Shown here piece by piece: positions 12,444-25,579 of a DNA stretch of 64,000 nt. The DNA is taken from NCBI GenBank assembly GCA_050084985.1, contig JBITNC010000001.1, positions 63,302,001-63,366,000 on the forward strand, given 5' to 3'. The stretch's first letter is position 1; each line of letters begins with the position of its first letter. This stretch comes from Nageia nagi (taxonomy: Eukaryota > Plantae > Pinophyta). Under the pieces are notes generated by a model. That model did no database searches. It was given only the letters and a program-made list of their open reading frames with translations, and was not told the DNA's origin. Both the position numbers and the translations under genes were made by a program.

Positions 12444-15400
12444 ATGGAGCAAATAAGAGAATCCTTTTTACTCCAACACATTTTTTATGGTTCCAACTAT
12501 GAGATTTGGAAACCATGAATGAAAATTGAATTGTAGGTAAGAAAAATTTGGCAAATAGTGAATGATAACCTTGTATCTCCTATAGATGAGAAGGCACTAT
12601 AGGCTTACAACACAAAGAATAAGTTGAAAACTTCCATGATTTATCGTGCAATTTTATATGATGTGCTCCTAATGATTTTATTTTCAACTTCAAAAAAAGA
12701 AGCATGGGATAAGCTTAAGCAAATCTACCTTGGTTCAAACTTTTTAAGAATATTTACCATTGTCCAAAAGTTGCTTCAATCTCGTCAAGGGGAAGATGAA
12801 AATATGACTATATACTTAAATAAAATCATTAACCTAAAGACTCAACTTGTTGCTTATGAATGCAATTGGATTAATGATGAGTTCATGGTCTTCATCAGTC
12901 TTCAAAGCCTTTCTTAAAAGTTTGAAAACTTTGTAACGATTATGGAAATAAGGTTTGATAATAAAAAAGAAGTCTTCTCCTTTGAAAATCTTTCAAGGCA
13001 CCTATTGAAGCATGAGAAAACCCTTAACAATAAAGTGTCAATTTCTTCTCTTAAATATAATAACATTGCTCTTAAAGAAACCAAAAATCTTTTCAAGAAG
13101 TTCAACCATCAAAGAAAATCTTATCCTTCTTCCTCCAAAAGGTTTGAGAAAAGATGCAGTGGCTACAATAACAGTAGGAACAATAAGAACAATAACCACA
13201 ACAATAAAAACAATGGCAACAACAACCACTTCGAGCAAAAAGATGAAAAAGGTAAAACAAACAATCTCTATCCTAAAAAAAATTCGATGGTAATTGTAAC
13301 CATTATGGCATTCGAAGACATAAAGAAGTTAATTGTTACAAAATAAAAAGATAGAAAAAGAACAAAGGTAATGAAAATATAAAGAACTATAAAAGAAAGA
13401 AAAATACTCATGTTGGTTTTGATGCGGCGCTCTACTCCATGTCTCCCTCTTTTTAATTTGAATGGATTGTTGAATCTGGTTGCACTAATCACCTATGCTT
13501 AGAAAAAAAAAATTGAGAACTTTCACAAGTATAAAAAGGATGCGATTGTGATAGGTGATAACTCTACCCTTGAATTCTAAAGAATTGAGAGTATGTTGAT
13601 TCATGAAAAAATTCTTAAAAATGTTCTCTATGTTCCTAAGGATGAACTTTCTCTTCGTGATCCAAGTTACTAGAAAAGAGTACTCTTTTGAATTTGACTC
13701 TCAATCCTAGTGTATTAAGAAAGGACTTACCACTTTGGTTAAAGGATATATGAAAGATAACCTCTACATTATGGATCAAGTTCCATCAAAGATGTGTATT
13801 GCTTCTAGTGTGTGTTCTAAAGTCAATCCTTAGCACTATCATTTAGGGCACCTTAACCATAAGAGTATTTAAATCATGAAAAACCAAGAACTTATGGAAG
13901 GTTTGCCTTCAATTTCTCCTTCGATTGGTCTATGTGAAAAGTGCATTATTAGCAAGATGCATAGATAAAAGTTTAAAAAAGATAAAGCAACAAGAGCATC
14001 TCAACCTCTTTAACTTATGCATTCAGATTTGATGGGTCCATTTCATACTAAGTTGCTTAAAGAAGAATCTTATGTTTTGACCTTCATGATAACTTTAGTA
14101 GGATGACCTTTGGGTATTTACTTGAGCACAAGGACCAAACCTTTACGAGTTTTAAATTTTTTAAGCCCTTTGTTGAGAATTAAACTAACCTTAAAATTAA
14201 AATGTTGAGATTAGATAATGGAAAAGAATATAACAATAATAAGTTCAATGACTATTGTGCTAAGTATGAAATCAAAAGCTAGTTTACAATTCCATACACT
14301 CCTCAGCAAAATGATGTTGTCAAAAGAAAAAATAGAATAATTATGGAGATGGCTAGATGCATGTTGGATAATCTTTTTAAATTCTTATGGGGTGAAGCTA
14401 TAAGCACTGCTATTTGCACCTTGAATAGGTGTCCCACAAAAGCCATTCAGAGTAAAACTCTTTTTGAAGTTTGGTTAAGAAGAAAACCTAACATTCTCCT
14501 ACATTAGTTCTGAGAAAAAGAAGTTGAATAAAAAAGCTAAAAAATACATCTTTATGGGTTATGATAGTTAGCATAAAGGCTACAAGCTCTACTCTCCATC
14601 CTTCAAAGCTATGTTTATTTCAAAGGATGTAAAGTTCAAACAACTTCTTGAAGAATGTGCTTCTAATAAGGATGTTGATGATCTAAAGGACTCTTTAATT
14701 GCACCTAAATGGTTAGATATTGATGTAGATAAGTTACCTTAGGAACAAAACTCTCCAACACAAAGAGTAATAAGGAGCATGACCTTGAACAAATCTGTAA
14801 TTAACAAGATTGACAATAAGCATGATCCCTCAACCTTCAAAAAAGCTTCTAAGCATGAGTGCTAGATGGAAGCCATAAAAATGGAGTATGAAGTGCTTAT
14901 GAAAAATAAAATTTGAGACTTGGTTTTTTATCCAATGAAAAGAATGTGATTGGTAATAAGTGGATCTACAAAGTCAAGTTCAATTCAGTAGGAGATATTA
15001 AGAAATACAAGGTAAGGTTAGTAGCTAAAAGTTTTGCTCATAAATACAATGTAGATTATGAGGAAACCTTTGCTCCCATGGTAAATATGCCTACTGTGAG
15101 AGTTATCCTTACTCTTTTGGCAGCTTAAGATGGAAAGTTTTTCAAGTTGATGTCAAGAGTGCATTCTCAATGGTGACTTAGATGTGAAAATCTTCATGAA
15201 TCAACTAGAAGGGTTTATTATGGAAGGCAAAGAGTCCTTTGTGTGCAAGCTAAAGAAGTCATTATATGGACTTAAGCAAGTACCTAGAGCCTGGTACAAA
15301 AAGATTTTAGGGTACTTTGTAGGTATTGATTCTCCAAGTGATTTTCTAACTTTGATCTATATGTGCTCAATTAAGGAAAAGATGTGGTCTTGATTCTCCT

Positions 15401-16363
15401 TTATGTGGATGATCTTTTGATTACTGAAAAATAATGATAAAATCATTCAAGAGTGCATATTCAAACTTAAGGCAACATTTGAAATGATTGATCTTGGTCT
15501 CTTACACTACTATATTGAAATGCAAGTGTATCAATACAAGGATTGTACTTACCTTAATCAATCTAAGTATATATAAAACATCTTCCAAAAGTTTGGAATG
15601 GAGTGTAGATATGCTACAATCTTGATTTCTTCTAAAATCACTATTTTTCTAAGCTCCAACTCTCAATTAGCTGATGTTATAGCTTACAGGTAATTAATTG
15701 GTAGTCTTTTATATTTGACTATACCTAAACCAGATATTACCTTTGCAGTGTATCTGATGACACAATTCATGTAGAAACTTTATGTTAGCACCTTAATGCT
15801 ATTAAGCAAATCTTGAGGTATGTTGCAAGGACTAAATATCTTGCTCTCTAGTATTCCAAATTGCCTTCATTTATTCTCTCTAGATTCTTGGATTCTTACT
15901 ATGGGGGAGATAGAGATGATAGAAAGTTAACCTCTATGTATGTGTTTAGCATTAGTTTAGGTGCTATCTCTTGAGCTTCCAAGAAGCAACCTACTATTTC
16001 TCTTTTCACTATAGGATTCGAATATCGTGCCATATCTGTTGCAGCCCATGAAGCCATTCGGCTAAGGCATCTTCTAAAAGAAATTGGGTATGAACAAGAT
16101 GGCTCATATTTGATCTCTTTAAATAATCAATCGACTATTTTTTTAGCTAAAAATCTTATGTTTCATTAGAGAAAAAACATATGAAAATCCATGCCCATTT
16201 TATTAGGAAGAAGGTTCTTGATGGCATCATACACTTGGAGTATTATCCATCCACCTTGAACTTTGCTAATTTATTCACTAAACCCCTATTGAAAGCTAAA
16301 TTCTATAAGCTTAGGGATGTTATTAGGTTGGTGAAGCTACCCTCAAAGGGAAGTGAAATTTGA
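12444..16363 (+). pseudogene. Copia C gag-pol remnant
   Basis: Gag KEAWDKLKQIYLGS. Protease WIVESGCTNH (~13463). Integrase HYHLGHLNH, HSDLMGPF and PYTPQQN. RT VIGNKWIYKVK...KYKVRLVAK, KLKKSLYGLKQVPRAWY and LYVDD. RH AHFIRKKV...ANLFTKPL. Numerous stops and frameshifts. Confidence 0.92.
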
Positions 16364-16493
16364 ATTCTTATGTTGAATTCATGTTTATAATGATAATTTC
16401 ACCTCTAGAAGGATTTTGTGTTGTATAATGTTGATTTTATTGTACACCTTCGAGGTAAGTTCCCTCTATGTAAGGAACTTATTGTACAAATTG

Positions 16494-16706
16494 GTCAATC
16501 TTGCACTGTTTAGTTATCTATGTGTGAGGAACTCTTATGTGTCTTTTGGTACTGTTCAATTATCCATATATGAGGAACTCGTATGTGCATACTCTATTTT
16601 TGTCAATCTAGCATTATTCAGTTATCCATATGTGAGGAACTCTTATGTGTCTTTTTGCACTGTTCAGTTATCCATATGAAAAACTCGTATGTGCAAGCTC
16701 TATTTT
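16494..16706 (+). repeat. ~107-bp tandem dimer with ~45-bp sub-repeats in the Copia C 3' UTR
   Basis: GTCAATCT...GAGGAACTCTTATGTGTC...AACTCGTATGTGCA...CTCTATTTT appears twice; also visible as the repeated peptide in ORF 16416-16679. Confidence 0.85.
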
Positions 16707-17165
16707 ATAATGATAATTAACACATATTTTATATAGAATAGGTGACTATAAGTTTTTGGCATGGCATCTTCGTGATGACTTTATAGTGCACCATTGATTA
16801 GTTCATGATGGCATTGGTGTGATTCATCTATCCTTGTTGATATGAATATGATGCATCTAACTAATCTTATTATTTGAGTTCTTATGAATTGCAAGTTCTT
16901 TTGAGATTGCATGTTACTTACCTCAGGTATGCAAGCTCTTGGAGACTCTTCATGACTTCAATTGGATGACTACTTCATGTACATTGAAACGATTGTGGTT
17001 AATGATTGTATTTGGAAAAGTAGTAAATCTCAAACTAGATATTTCTTACTTCACAAATATATAAAAAATTTTCATCTCTATTATATCTATTTGAAAGAGA
17101 ACTCTCTTACTTTCTCTTCTTCTTCTCTCTTACTCACTCTATCCCAATATTGCATTAAAAGGGAG

Positions 17166-17658
17166 TGTTAGAATGTATAATGCATTATTTTAAAGGTTTG
17201 TATTAAATTTTCTACGTAAGTTCACTAATACTTAATGGTATCATTTGATACCTTAAGTATTTAAGTGAATATGATAATGTAACTTGTCCTACACTCCATG
17301 TCATGAGCATGCCCTTGGATAAAACAATGTGCATGTCATACTTTTGTACATTGGATAAAAGGTGATCCAAAGAGGGATTTTGGCCTATAAATAGAAGGCT
17401 CCCTCTTTGGATCATATATCAATTTGTGGATTAAAGTTATGATATAGGATAGTGCTTAGGAGTTGAGATTAAAAGGATTGTAAGAGAGTTGTATTTGTGA
17501 TTGAAGTAAATATCTAGTTAGTGGATGTACTCCTAGTTGGAGGAACCACTTACATCTTGTGTTATGAGATTGCTTTGTGAGTTTGTTAGATGTGAATTGA
17601 GAGCTTTCATGTGATCTTGGTTGATTAGGGAATTATCTTGCTAGTTTTAGTTTTTTCA
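17166..17658 (+). repeat. 3' LTR of Copia C
   Basis: Direct repeat of 8862-9356, preceded by the PPT and followed by the TSD. Confidence 0.95.
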
Positions 17659-17663
17659 TTGAG

Positions 17664-20190
17664 ATATAAGTTATTTTTTATTTTTCATTGGACTTAGGCA
17701 ATTTTGAATATGCCCCCAAGTATTCTAAAATATCATCAGTAGTACTTACACAATCAAACTCAAGTAGTATAGTATCATCAAGCCATAAATCCTCATCAAT
17801 ATTGTTAGACAGTTCAACCAAATTGCATTCATTTATAAACTTGATAGGTCCCATTGTCTATTTTGTATTTTGATCATTGCCCAACCCATTCTTAGTTTTT
17901 TTAACTCCTAAAGTAGTAGGAAAAGAAGACATTCCTTGTTCTAATTTACCTAAATCCCCTCCCTCATGTTTGAAATTTTATGTCATGTATTTGTGAACAA
18001 AAGGAGATGTAAATATTTTTCCTTTATGTTTATCGTGTGATCCTTCATTTACGTTTTTGGACTAGGTGATACCACCATTACAGAACAAGATCTTCCATCA
18101 GTTCCACTATTTTCACACCATTGATGGCCTTCGACTGTAAGAATTTTTTTCCATCCAAATCTTTAACATACGTGAACAAGTAAAGATGTTCAATTATGTA
18201 TGTTCACATACATGTTTCTACAATCTGAGGCTATTTTTCTAAATTTACCACTAGTGCATCTATTTCCAAAGGTACAATCTCATATCTAGGATAGGTCATT
18301 GTGAATTATTCTAATTTTTTGCATTACATAAAGTATATGGTTTTGGATCACCAATTATTTATGTACCTCACTTTGATATTCAAATTTCAATCTACCATGT
18401 ACTATACATGCGACTGCATCCATGTCATAAAGCCAAGATCTTCCTAATAATAGGTTATATGATAATTTGGAATCCACAACCTGAAACTGAGTTGCAACTA
18501 TTATAACTCTTGTTGTAACCAAAATTGTAGCTATCCCAATTGGCTTTTTGGATGAACAATCATATGTCCTAATTCTAAATGTAGCTTCTTTTAAGGGAGG
18601 TATTTCTACACCTTTTTTTTGAAGTTGTATCGAAAAATTTGTGATAACAAACATTAACTGTTGATTCATTATATACAAGTGTTCATTTTATCTCCCATCC
18701 ATCTATCATAGGTGTGATATACAAAGCTAAAAATTTATCAAAGAGTTATTTACTAAGCTTTTTAGATCTATAAAAAGAGATTGCATCACATTCTTTAATA
18801 GATATAATGTTTTCATAAAATATAGCAGCAAACATATTTTAAGGATCGTTTCTTTTTTGAATAAAGCAAATAATAGCTCCCTATGTGTTTCAGATGTAGA
18901 TATAATATCATACAAATTAATCTTAACCGAGTAGTTTTCAATTGGTCAATCATGTTAAAAGGTTTTTGATCAAATGGGACACTTACTTGTTCCATAGTAA
19001 CCAGATTTGGAATATATCTTGGATACCCCTTTCATAATATAGCACAAACTTCTTTATCAACTAAAACTATGTTCAATGTTACCTCAAATGAGTCTTTTTG
19101 ATCGATTTCATATCTTTATTAAGCAATAAGATCAAGAATCGTTACCTCCAAAGTTTTATAGAATTTTGTAGCATGGCCTTTTCTTGGATGATAAGTACAA
19201 TAAGCATCTGATTTTTCATAGGAATACTATCATCTTGTGTTGTTTTCTCTAATGGATTCAATAAACCTCTTTTCATCAAATCTCTCGTACTGAACCTTGG
19301 TTGGATTGGAAATATATACCTTTTTTCTCTTGTGGTAGCTGATCTTATCAATTTAGGTGGAGAGGTAGGTGTATCAGCGATATTCACTATCTTTTCTTCT
19401 TTCTTTGTATATGTTCTTCGATTCTCTTTAGTGTAAGAAGTATATGTGTACTTGAGATCTCCTAACTCAAGAAAGACTTTCGCTTTTTGTAATAACTCTT
19501 GTACTAATACCCCAAATCCAATAGTCTTATTACTTGGAGCATGCAAGTTATTGATTGGAAAAATAGAATCTCTAAATATACCACAAATTTCGCTTTCATC
19601 TAATTTACTATGAATAGATTGCCATACCTTTTTCAACCTTGGAATATACTTCTCTAGGGTTTGAGTGTTTCCTTGATGCATAGTGCATAACTCTATAATA
19701 GTTCCTTGATCTTTAATATTATTTTGTATTGACGCATAAATTCTTTGACCCATTACTTGAATGAATCTATTGAATCCCCTTGGCAAATTATAGAACCATT
19801 GACTAGCGTCACCTTTTAAACTCCTTAGGAAAAATTTTGGCCATCAATCTCTCCTTCGATCCCAATTTCAACAAGCACTCCTCTTAAAATCTAATAAGAT
19901 GTTACTTTGGGTCTTTTTTTGCCACTAAACATCTCGAATTTGGGGGCCTTGTGCTCCAGTGGTAAGGGATAATTATGGATATCCTCTGAAAGGGTGAGAT
20001 GTATACACCATTGTAATCTTCTTCACTTTGTTGGGATCTCTTGTTATTCTCAATATTGGTTAACCTTGCAACTATTGTTGGATCTAGAAATGATTATGAG
20101 CTACTACCTAAATTTTGCATTGAGGCCATTATATTACGTAGAGCTGCTAATTCTTTTTCCAGCTATGCTACAATTTCTTCCATGTTTACG
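17664..20190 (-). pseudogene. Element A gag-protease-G-patch remnant
   Basis: Gag KAPKFEMFSG (~19920-19950) and ORF 19142-19786. Protease C-half IRTYDCSSKKPIG...SYNLLLGRSWLYDMDAV (18355-18678). G-patch-like HEGGDLGKLEQG (~17935-17970). Confidence 0.85.
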
Positions 20191-20307
20191 TTGTTGACGG
20201 TGTAGAAACAGTCTATGCATGTCACGAATAATGTATATTCTTTACAAAAATATGATGAGATCTCACTGGTATGAAAAGATTAATCAAAACAGTTAGGTTC
20301 ACCAAAA

Positions 20308-20924
20308 TGTAGACTAAAAATAATGCACAAGTGATAAAATGAAGCACTATTTGTTTACAATGTAATATTGAAGCATATATCAAAAATATGGCATCAAATG
20401 CATGATAATCAATGTACCTTAATCGCATTCGCATCAACTGAAAATAATATAGATCATACATCCATCTCCATAACATACCATAGAAAACACATTTTGCTAA
20501 CGACCTAGAAGAACATCGATAGTTGCATGGAAGAGCATATCTACAAACAAAATAAAAGATATGCGAAAGCAAGATGAAGGGTTTAACAAATCTATCCAAA
20601 GATGGTGTTGCAAAACAACATTGTTAGGTTGGATAGAATGATCTTGCATGTTTTGGTTTCTCTCTTGATATCTATCGATATCATTTATGTTGCTTTTGAT
20701 ATTCTTTTATAGCAATGTCTTGATCATCTTTGATTCTTAGGATCATTATCCATTACATTGTTTGTGGTGTCTTTCTTAATATTTGACACTTTTTACATCA
20801 TATAATGATCCATTACATTGATTACATTTCCTTGGGTACATTTTATCTCTTTTTACAATAAATATCCGTTGATGCTATAAAATAAATTATTTAATAAATA
20901 ATAATTCATTTTTAGGCATCTACA
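20308..20924 (-). repeat. 5' LTR of element A
   Basis: Direct repeat of 4330-4940; PBS adjacent at 20291-20304. Confidence 0.92.
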
Positions 20925-20929
20925 CTATG

Positions 20930-22438
20930 CACAACCTCAGTGAATGGAAGAGTCATATAATTTAAGGCTATGAATTTTAATTCAAGATGGATATTATGAA
21001 CAAACATAGACTTAACATGTGATCCAAATAATTATTCTTGTATCATACTCCATACCTTTTGAAATATTTATGCAAATTTATCAAATCTTTCATTTTGAAC
21101 TTGTATAGCATTTATCAAATTTGAAATTACAATTTGTCTATGAGTGCAGTACTAGAAATATATGTAAAATTCAAAAACAAGTTATGCATAACAATTAAAT
21201 GACTTAGCAAGCAAAGAGAAGTACCAAGTAAGAGCATCACCCCGTAATGTGGTTGGAAAATATATTTTCATAAAATTATCATCAACTTGGAATTTCAATT
21301 TGAACTTCATCTCAAAAGCCTTAATATGAGCCATAGGATCTCCTTGATATGAATTGAAAACAAGCTCTACCTGAATATATGGTGCCCTAACATTGCAAAT
21401 TTTATCACATAACGGACTTGAATCCTTGCATCTTGTAGTATGAGATCCAAATGATCTATTATTTCCACCAACATTAAAGCCCTCACTTCTATTATCAGCA
21501 CCATAAAGCATCCTCTTCAAATTAGCTTTGGTAGCATTATCAAAGCTATTAACCATGGCAAAAAATTCAGTTGGTTCCATATGTGAAACACTCGAAATAT
21601 AATATCAATCCTATCCAAAAACCTTAGGCTTTTTGATGCAAATAGTGAAGGAAAAAGCGATATATCAAAGAAAATTTAGCTTCACCAATTATTATAACTG
21701 AAATAATAATTTATTAGGGTTATTTATGATATTCAATTTAGCCAAATAAGGATGAAATAGTAGTAAAATATTAGTAACATGAAAGATGATAATGATCATA
21801 GTTAACCTAATTGAACTTAACCTATCAAACTTGTATTAATGAAGATATAAACCTATGCTTTACCTTTCATGATGATCGAAGGCAATATTCAACTTGAAAG
21901 GAATTGACAACAACCTTCTTTGTAACATAGAGCCATCGATCCGTCCTTAGCACAACACCATCGTTAGGAACCCATCATCGCTACCCAACTATCTTTCCAA
22001 TAAACCTCATAGTTTCTCTTAATGTCATAAACACACCTTCAAAGCTTAGAATATTGCACACTAATGGTTCAAGAGATTACAAGAATATAGAACTCAGTAT
22101 AACAAAATCCAGATATAATAAGTGGCATAAGGAGACACCGATCAATAGCGCCAAAGTATTTGCCACTTTTTAAGGATTCTAAATCATGTCACGATTTCTC
22201 GTGAACAACACTTCCACCTTTATAAATAGCAGGTCTAGTTCCAAGGCTCCTCCTTGGGCTTATGGTGCACAAGTTCTAAGACTCCTTGGCCTTATCATCG
22301 GGCTGACCTATTATCACAAAACATTAAAGATAGTTGAGTGTGTACAAATAAAAGAGCAGTAAATCACTTAAATAAACCATTTTAAATACCTAAAATGTGT
22401 ATTTTAATTAAATTAAAATTCCTTTTTAGATGTTAACA
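20930..22438 (-). mobile_element. Element B left part: probable 5' LTR (~21690-22438), PBS (~21678-21687) and gag N-terminus
   Basis: Gag ORF 21182-21580 (FNSYQGDPMAHIKAFE...YFPTTLRGDALTWYFSL). The reading frame continues across the element A insertion (MTLPFTEVVHR-LVQKKKCLVDMGKLKY). PBS-like TGGTGAAG. The LTR end TTCCTTTTTAGATGTTAACA resembles the end of the element A LTR. Confidence 0.75.
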
Positions 22439-23080
22439 ACCAGATTGAAGGTTTATTCACCATAGATCTAACCGATTTGAGGAATTGAGAGGAATTTCAA
22501 TCCAACTAGTACAATTAAAAGAAAACTAAAAATCTTAGTTCATAAGGTATTTCTAATTTAGCCAATAAGTTTACCCCCGAGAACTATATCAAAAGCTTTT
22601 TTTGAAATTTGCAAAGTAAGCAAATAGATCTTTAGCATTGTGACAGTTTTCAACAAATTTGAAAATTGAGGATGTGATCAATTGTAGAATAATTACTTCT
22701 AAAACTAGCTTTATCTTTAGTTCTTGAATAATTTTCATCAATCCAATTGCTAACTTTATTTTCTATAATACAATTGTAGAGTTTGACAAGTAAGGGACAA
22801 ATCATAATAGTTCAATAATATGAAGGGTTATTTTATCTCTAGTTTTATATATAGGAATGATTCCATCATGGCCAACATATTCACACAGTTCTATAATCAG
22901 GTGTGAATGAATTCCATCATGGATGACACATTCACATCTTTTAACTAGACCTTACAAATACCTAAACTATAAAGAAAACTATTGATTTGCTACATTATAT
23001 GTAAAATATTTGAAATGATTATCTTTTATATAATCGGGTGGGAGGTCAACCTCACCAACCAATGGTTTTACTCTCTACCT

Positions 23081-23272
23081 GCTTTGATACCATATTGGAG
23101 AACAATATAATTCTCATTATATTATTACAATATATAGGTAAATACATGTCGAGTATAGATAGGAGATTGTTAAATACAATTTATTGAAGCAAACCACTTG
23201 TACTTTATTGCACAACAAATATTGTTGAGATACTACTCAACAATAATATAACAACCAATAATATCTCTAACA
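23081..23272 (-). mobile_element. Short 5' LTR (23093-23272) with abutting tRNA-iMet PBS (23081-23092)
   Basis: GCTTTGATACCA|TATTGGAG...TCTCTAACA; same junction as 1354-1373. Confidence 0.7.
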
Positions 23273-24599
23273 TCACAGTGAGCATTCGAGCTCATCAATT
23301 CACCCTTGCATTTCAATGAGTATCATTTTTATTCATTCTAAGGATTCGCCCACCATGGCTTGCATCTCTAATGTTAAAGTTGGAACTTCTACCCTGACTT
23401 CCTCTCATTTCAGTAGTTTGAGTGTTTCATTGCTAAAGAAATTTGGGGTTTGACCCCACTTGATTATATATTCCTCCTTTACTAGGCTTTAGATATGGTG
23501 GGAAACTTCTCTTCCATGAATTACCTTCTAACTCTCAAAGATATCCACGGGCACACTTCCATGGTTATGTTTAAAGGAGCGACATAAAGGAGAGGGGGGA
23601 AGGGGTAAATATAAGAGTTTAGAAAAGCAACAAATTTGCTATTGTCGAACTAGTAACATATTACCATGGGATTCCCACTGCCTAGCTAGCAGTGGATTCA
23701 TGTTGCAAGGTTTGTTGTTGTCGAGTCGACAACGAATTCTCATCTTGTTATTATCAAGTTGGAAATGGATGCTCCTCGTTTGGTAATTTATTTATTTAGT
23801 GTTTAATATATTTATTAAATTTAATTTTTTCCTAATGTGTTGTGAAATACTAATAAAAATTAAAATTTAACGTTATTCAAATACTTAATTGATATATACT
23901 TACTTCTAGACAAACTTTTATAGGTCTTAGAAACCAATGGGTTTCAAAGGACTTTAAAAGGCTTCTATATGGTGAATTTTAAACCTCATTGCAATGTCAA
24001 ACCAAGATCATATTTCAATAAAGGTGAATTTTAAACCTCATTGCATGGGTGGTTATGGTCTATATGGTGAACTGCATCATTTTGTTATATAGGGAACTTG
24101 GAGCTTATCACCACCTTGCTTGGGAATAGTAGGATCTAAGTTTCTTTTTTGCATGAGTAGATGTCAATCATTTTTTTAGTGCAATATTTATTTCTCTTTG
24201 ATATGCAATGCAAATTGCTTGAACATAAAGGAAATAGACAATTTGTATTTGGCGTAGACAAAGGCACACTAGTCAAACTCTTTTCTCCTACCTCGTATCT
24301 CCATTATTCCTTTATGGTTATGAAGTTTGTTGTGGAAGTATTTCTCGAAAAACATGGCATAAATTTGAGTAAATCCAAAAGCAATTCATTGTAACTTCAA
24401 ACATAAAAATAACATTGTACCCTATCCTTTTCATGGAAACTAGTCTACTCCCTTTGCAAGTGAAATTCTATGATGATATATATTATACACATACACTAAC
24501 AAAGATAGACCATCATGGGCTCTCTGTAATTGCTTAACAAACTTATTTAACTCATCAATTTCTTAAAAGAAGCTAGCTAAAAGACTCTAATAAGTGGTT

Positions 24600-25296
24600 T
24601 GATTTTTGGGGCTTACACAATAATAATGTAAACGTTAAGCAACATTTAACATCCTTGAAACCTATTTGTTTGTAGGACCTATCAAGAATTTTTAAATATC
24701 ACCAATGTAAGGGGTGGAAGTTGAACTTTGAACTTTCAATATATTTTCTTCAAATGATAGGAAATAAAAATTGCAAATAAAGTAATTAAATATTTTTGGA
24801 ACATTGGTAACAAATATAAAAGAAAACCAACCTATCATAAAAATACAATCAACTCCAAACTTGAACATCCATCTTATGGTCTACCTATATAAGATTATTA
24901 GTATCAAAAAGAAACTTGTGATCATAAAATTAAGAATTAATTCACATGAATTGCATAGTTAAACAAGTAGATGGATAATACACAAAATACTACAAGATAT
25001 AATAATTTGTAAGTTTTGTAACCTATATGTCATAGAAGATGAGACCCATTTTCCTCTTATCTACCCATTTTACAAAGACATTAAACAAACTTATGATGAT
25101 ATTTGTAATTACAGCCAAATTCATGAATTCTTAAACCAAGATAACCAAAACAAGTTTGACAATTTTATTATGAATCTCATCTTTGTTAGAAACAATCATT
25201 TAAATACATAAAGGATATATATTTAGTTTTGGACGAATTTTGATAGTTCCTATTATCTATTGGGTTCAAAGAACATTGTAAGACATCATTCATTCA
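24600..25296 (+). mobile_element. 3' fragment of a non-L1 LINE (RTE/RTEX-like C-terminal Cys/His domain); left boundary approximate
   Basis: KLRINSHELHS*TSRW...ICKFCNLYVIEDETHFPLIYPFYKDIK at ~24927-25085; ends in a CATT-type microsatellite tail (25284-25296). Confidence 0.65.
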
Positions 25297-25455
25297 CAAC
25301 AATCTAAATCCTAACTTGCAAAGTATAGTACAACTCAACTAAGAAGTTTTATCTTTGATTGATATGGTTCCCATTCCCCATATGGGACTCCTATAGGCTT
25401 TTAGTTCGACTTTGAAGCCAAACACATGTACAAGTAAATTCAATTTAATCCCAAC

Positions 25456-25579
25456 TTTGATGACATGTAATATGGATGTAAGTTCCAAGTCATGTCGTAC
25501 ACTCAAAAGTGGAATGTTTTGATGACATGTAATATGGATGTAAGTTCCAAGTCATGTCGTACACTCAAAAGTGGAATGT
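25456..25579. repeat. Perfect 62-bp tandem duplication
   Basis: TTTGATGACATGTAATATGG...GTGGAATGT at 25456-25517 and 25518-25579. Confidence 0.95.

Larger units (their letters stand above)
8862..17658 (+). mobile_element. Structurally complete, degenerate Ty1/Copia LTR retrotransposon C nested in element A
   Basis: LTRs 8862-9356 and 17166-17658 (TG...CA, roughly 90% identical by eye). Exact TSD TTGAG at 8857-8861 and 17659-17663. PBS TGGTATCAATGC at 9360-9371; PPT AAAAGGGAG at 17157-17165. Domain order gag-PR-INT-RT-RH. Confidence 0.95.
4330..20924 (-). mobile_element. Structurally complete, degenerate Ty3/Gypsy Ogre/Tat-like LTR retrotransposon A, interrupted by Copia C
   Basis: Two homologous ~615-bp LTRs (4330-4940 and 20308-20924) with termini TGTAGA...TCTA(C/T)A. 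Exact 5-bp TSD CTATG at 4325-4329 and 20925-20929. PBS TGGTGAACC next to the right LTR (20296-20304); polypurine tract (PPT) AAGAGGGGAAAAA next to the left LTR (4941-4953). Domain order gag-PR-RT-RH-aRH-INT on the minus strand. Confidence 0.93.

Noticed and set aside
1354-23272. The two short LTRs as the paired ends of one element
   Set aside because: Both carry a PBS on the same side and they differ substantially inside, so both are 5' LTRs of separate insertions.
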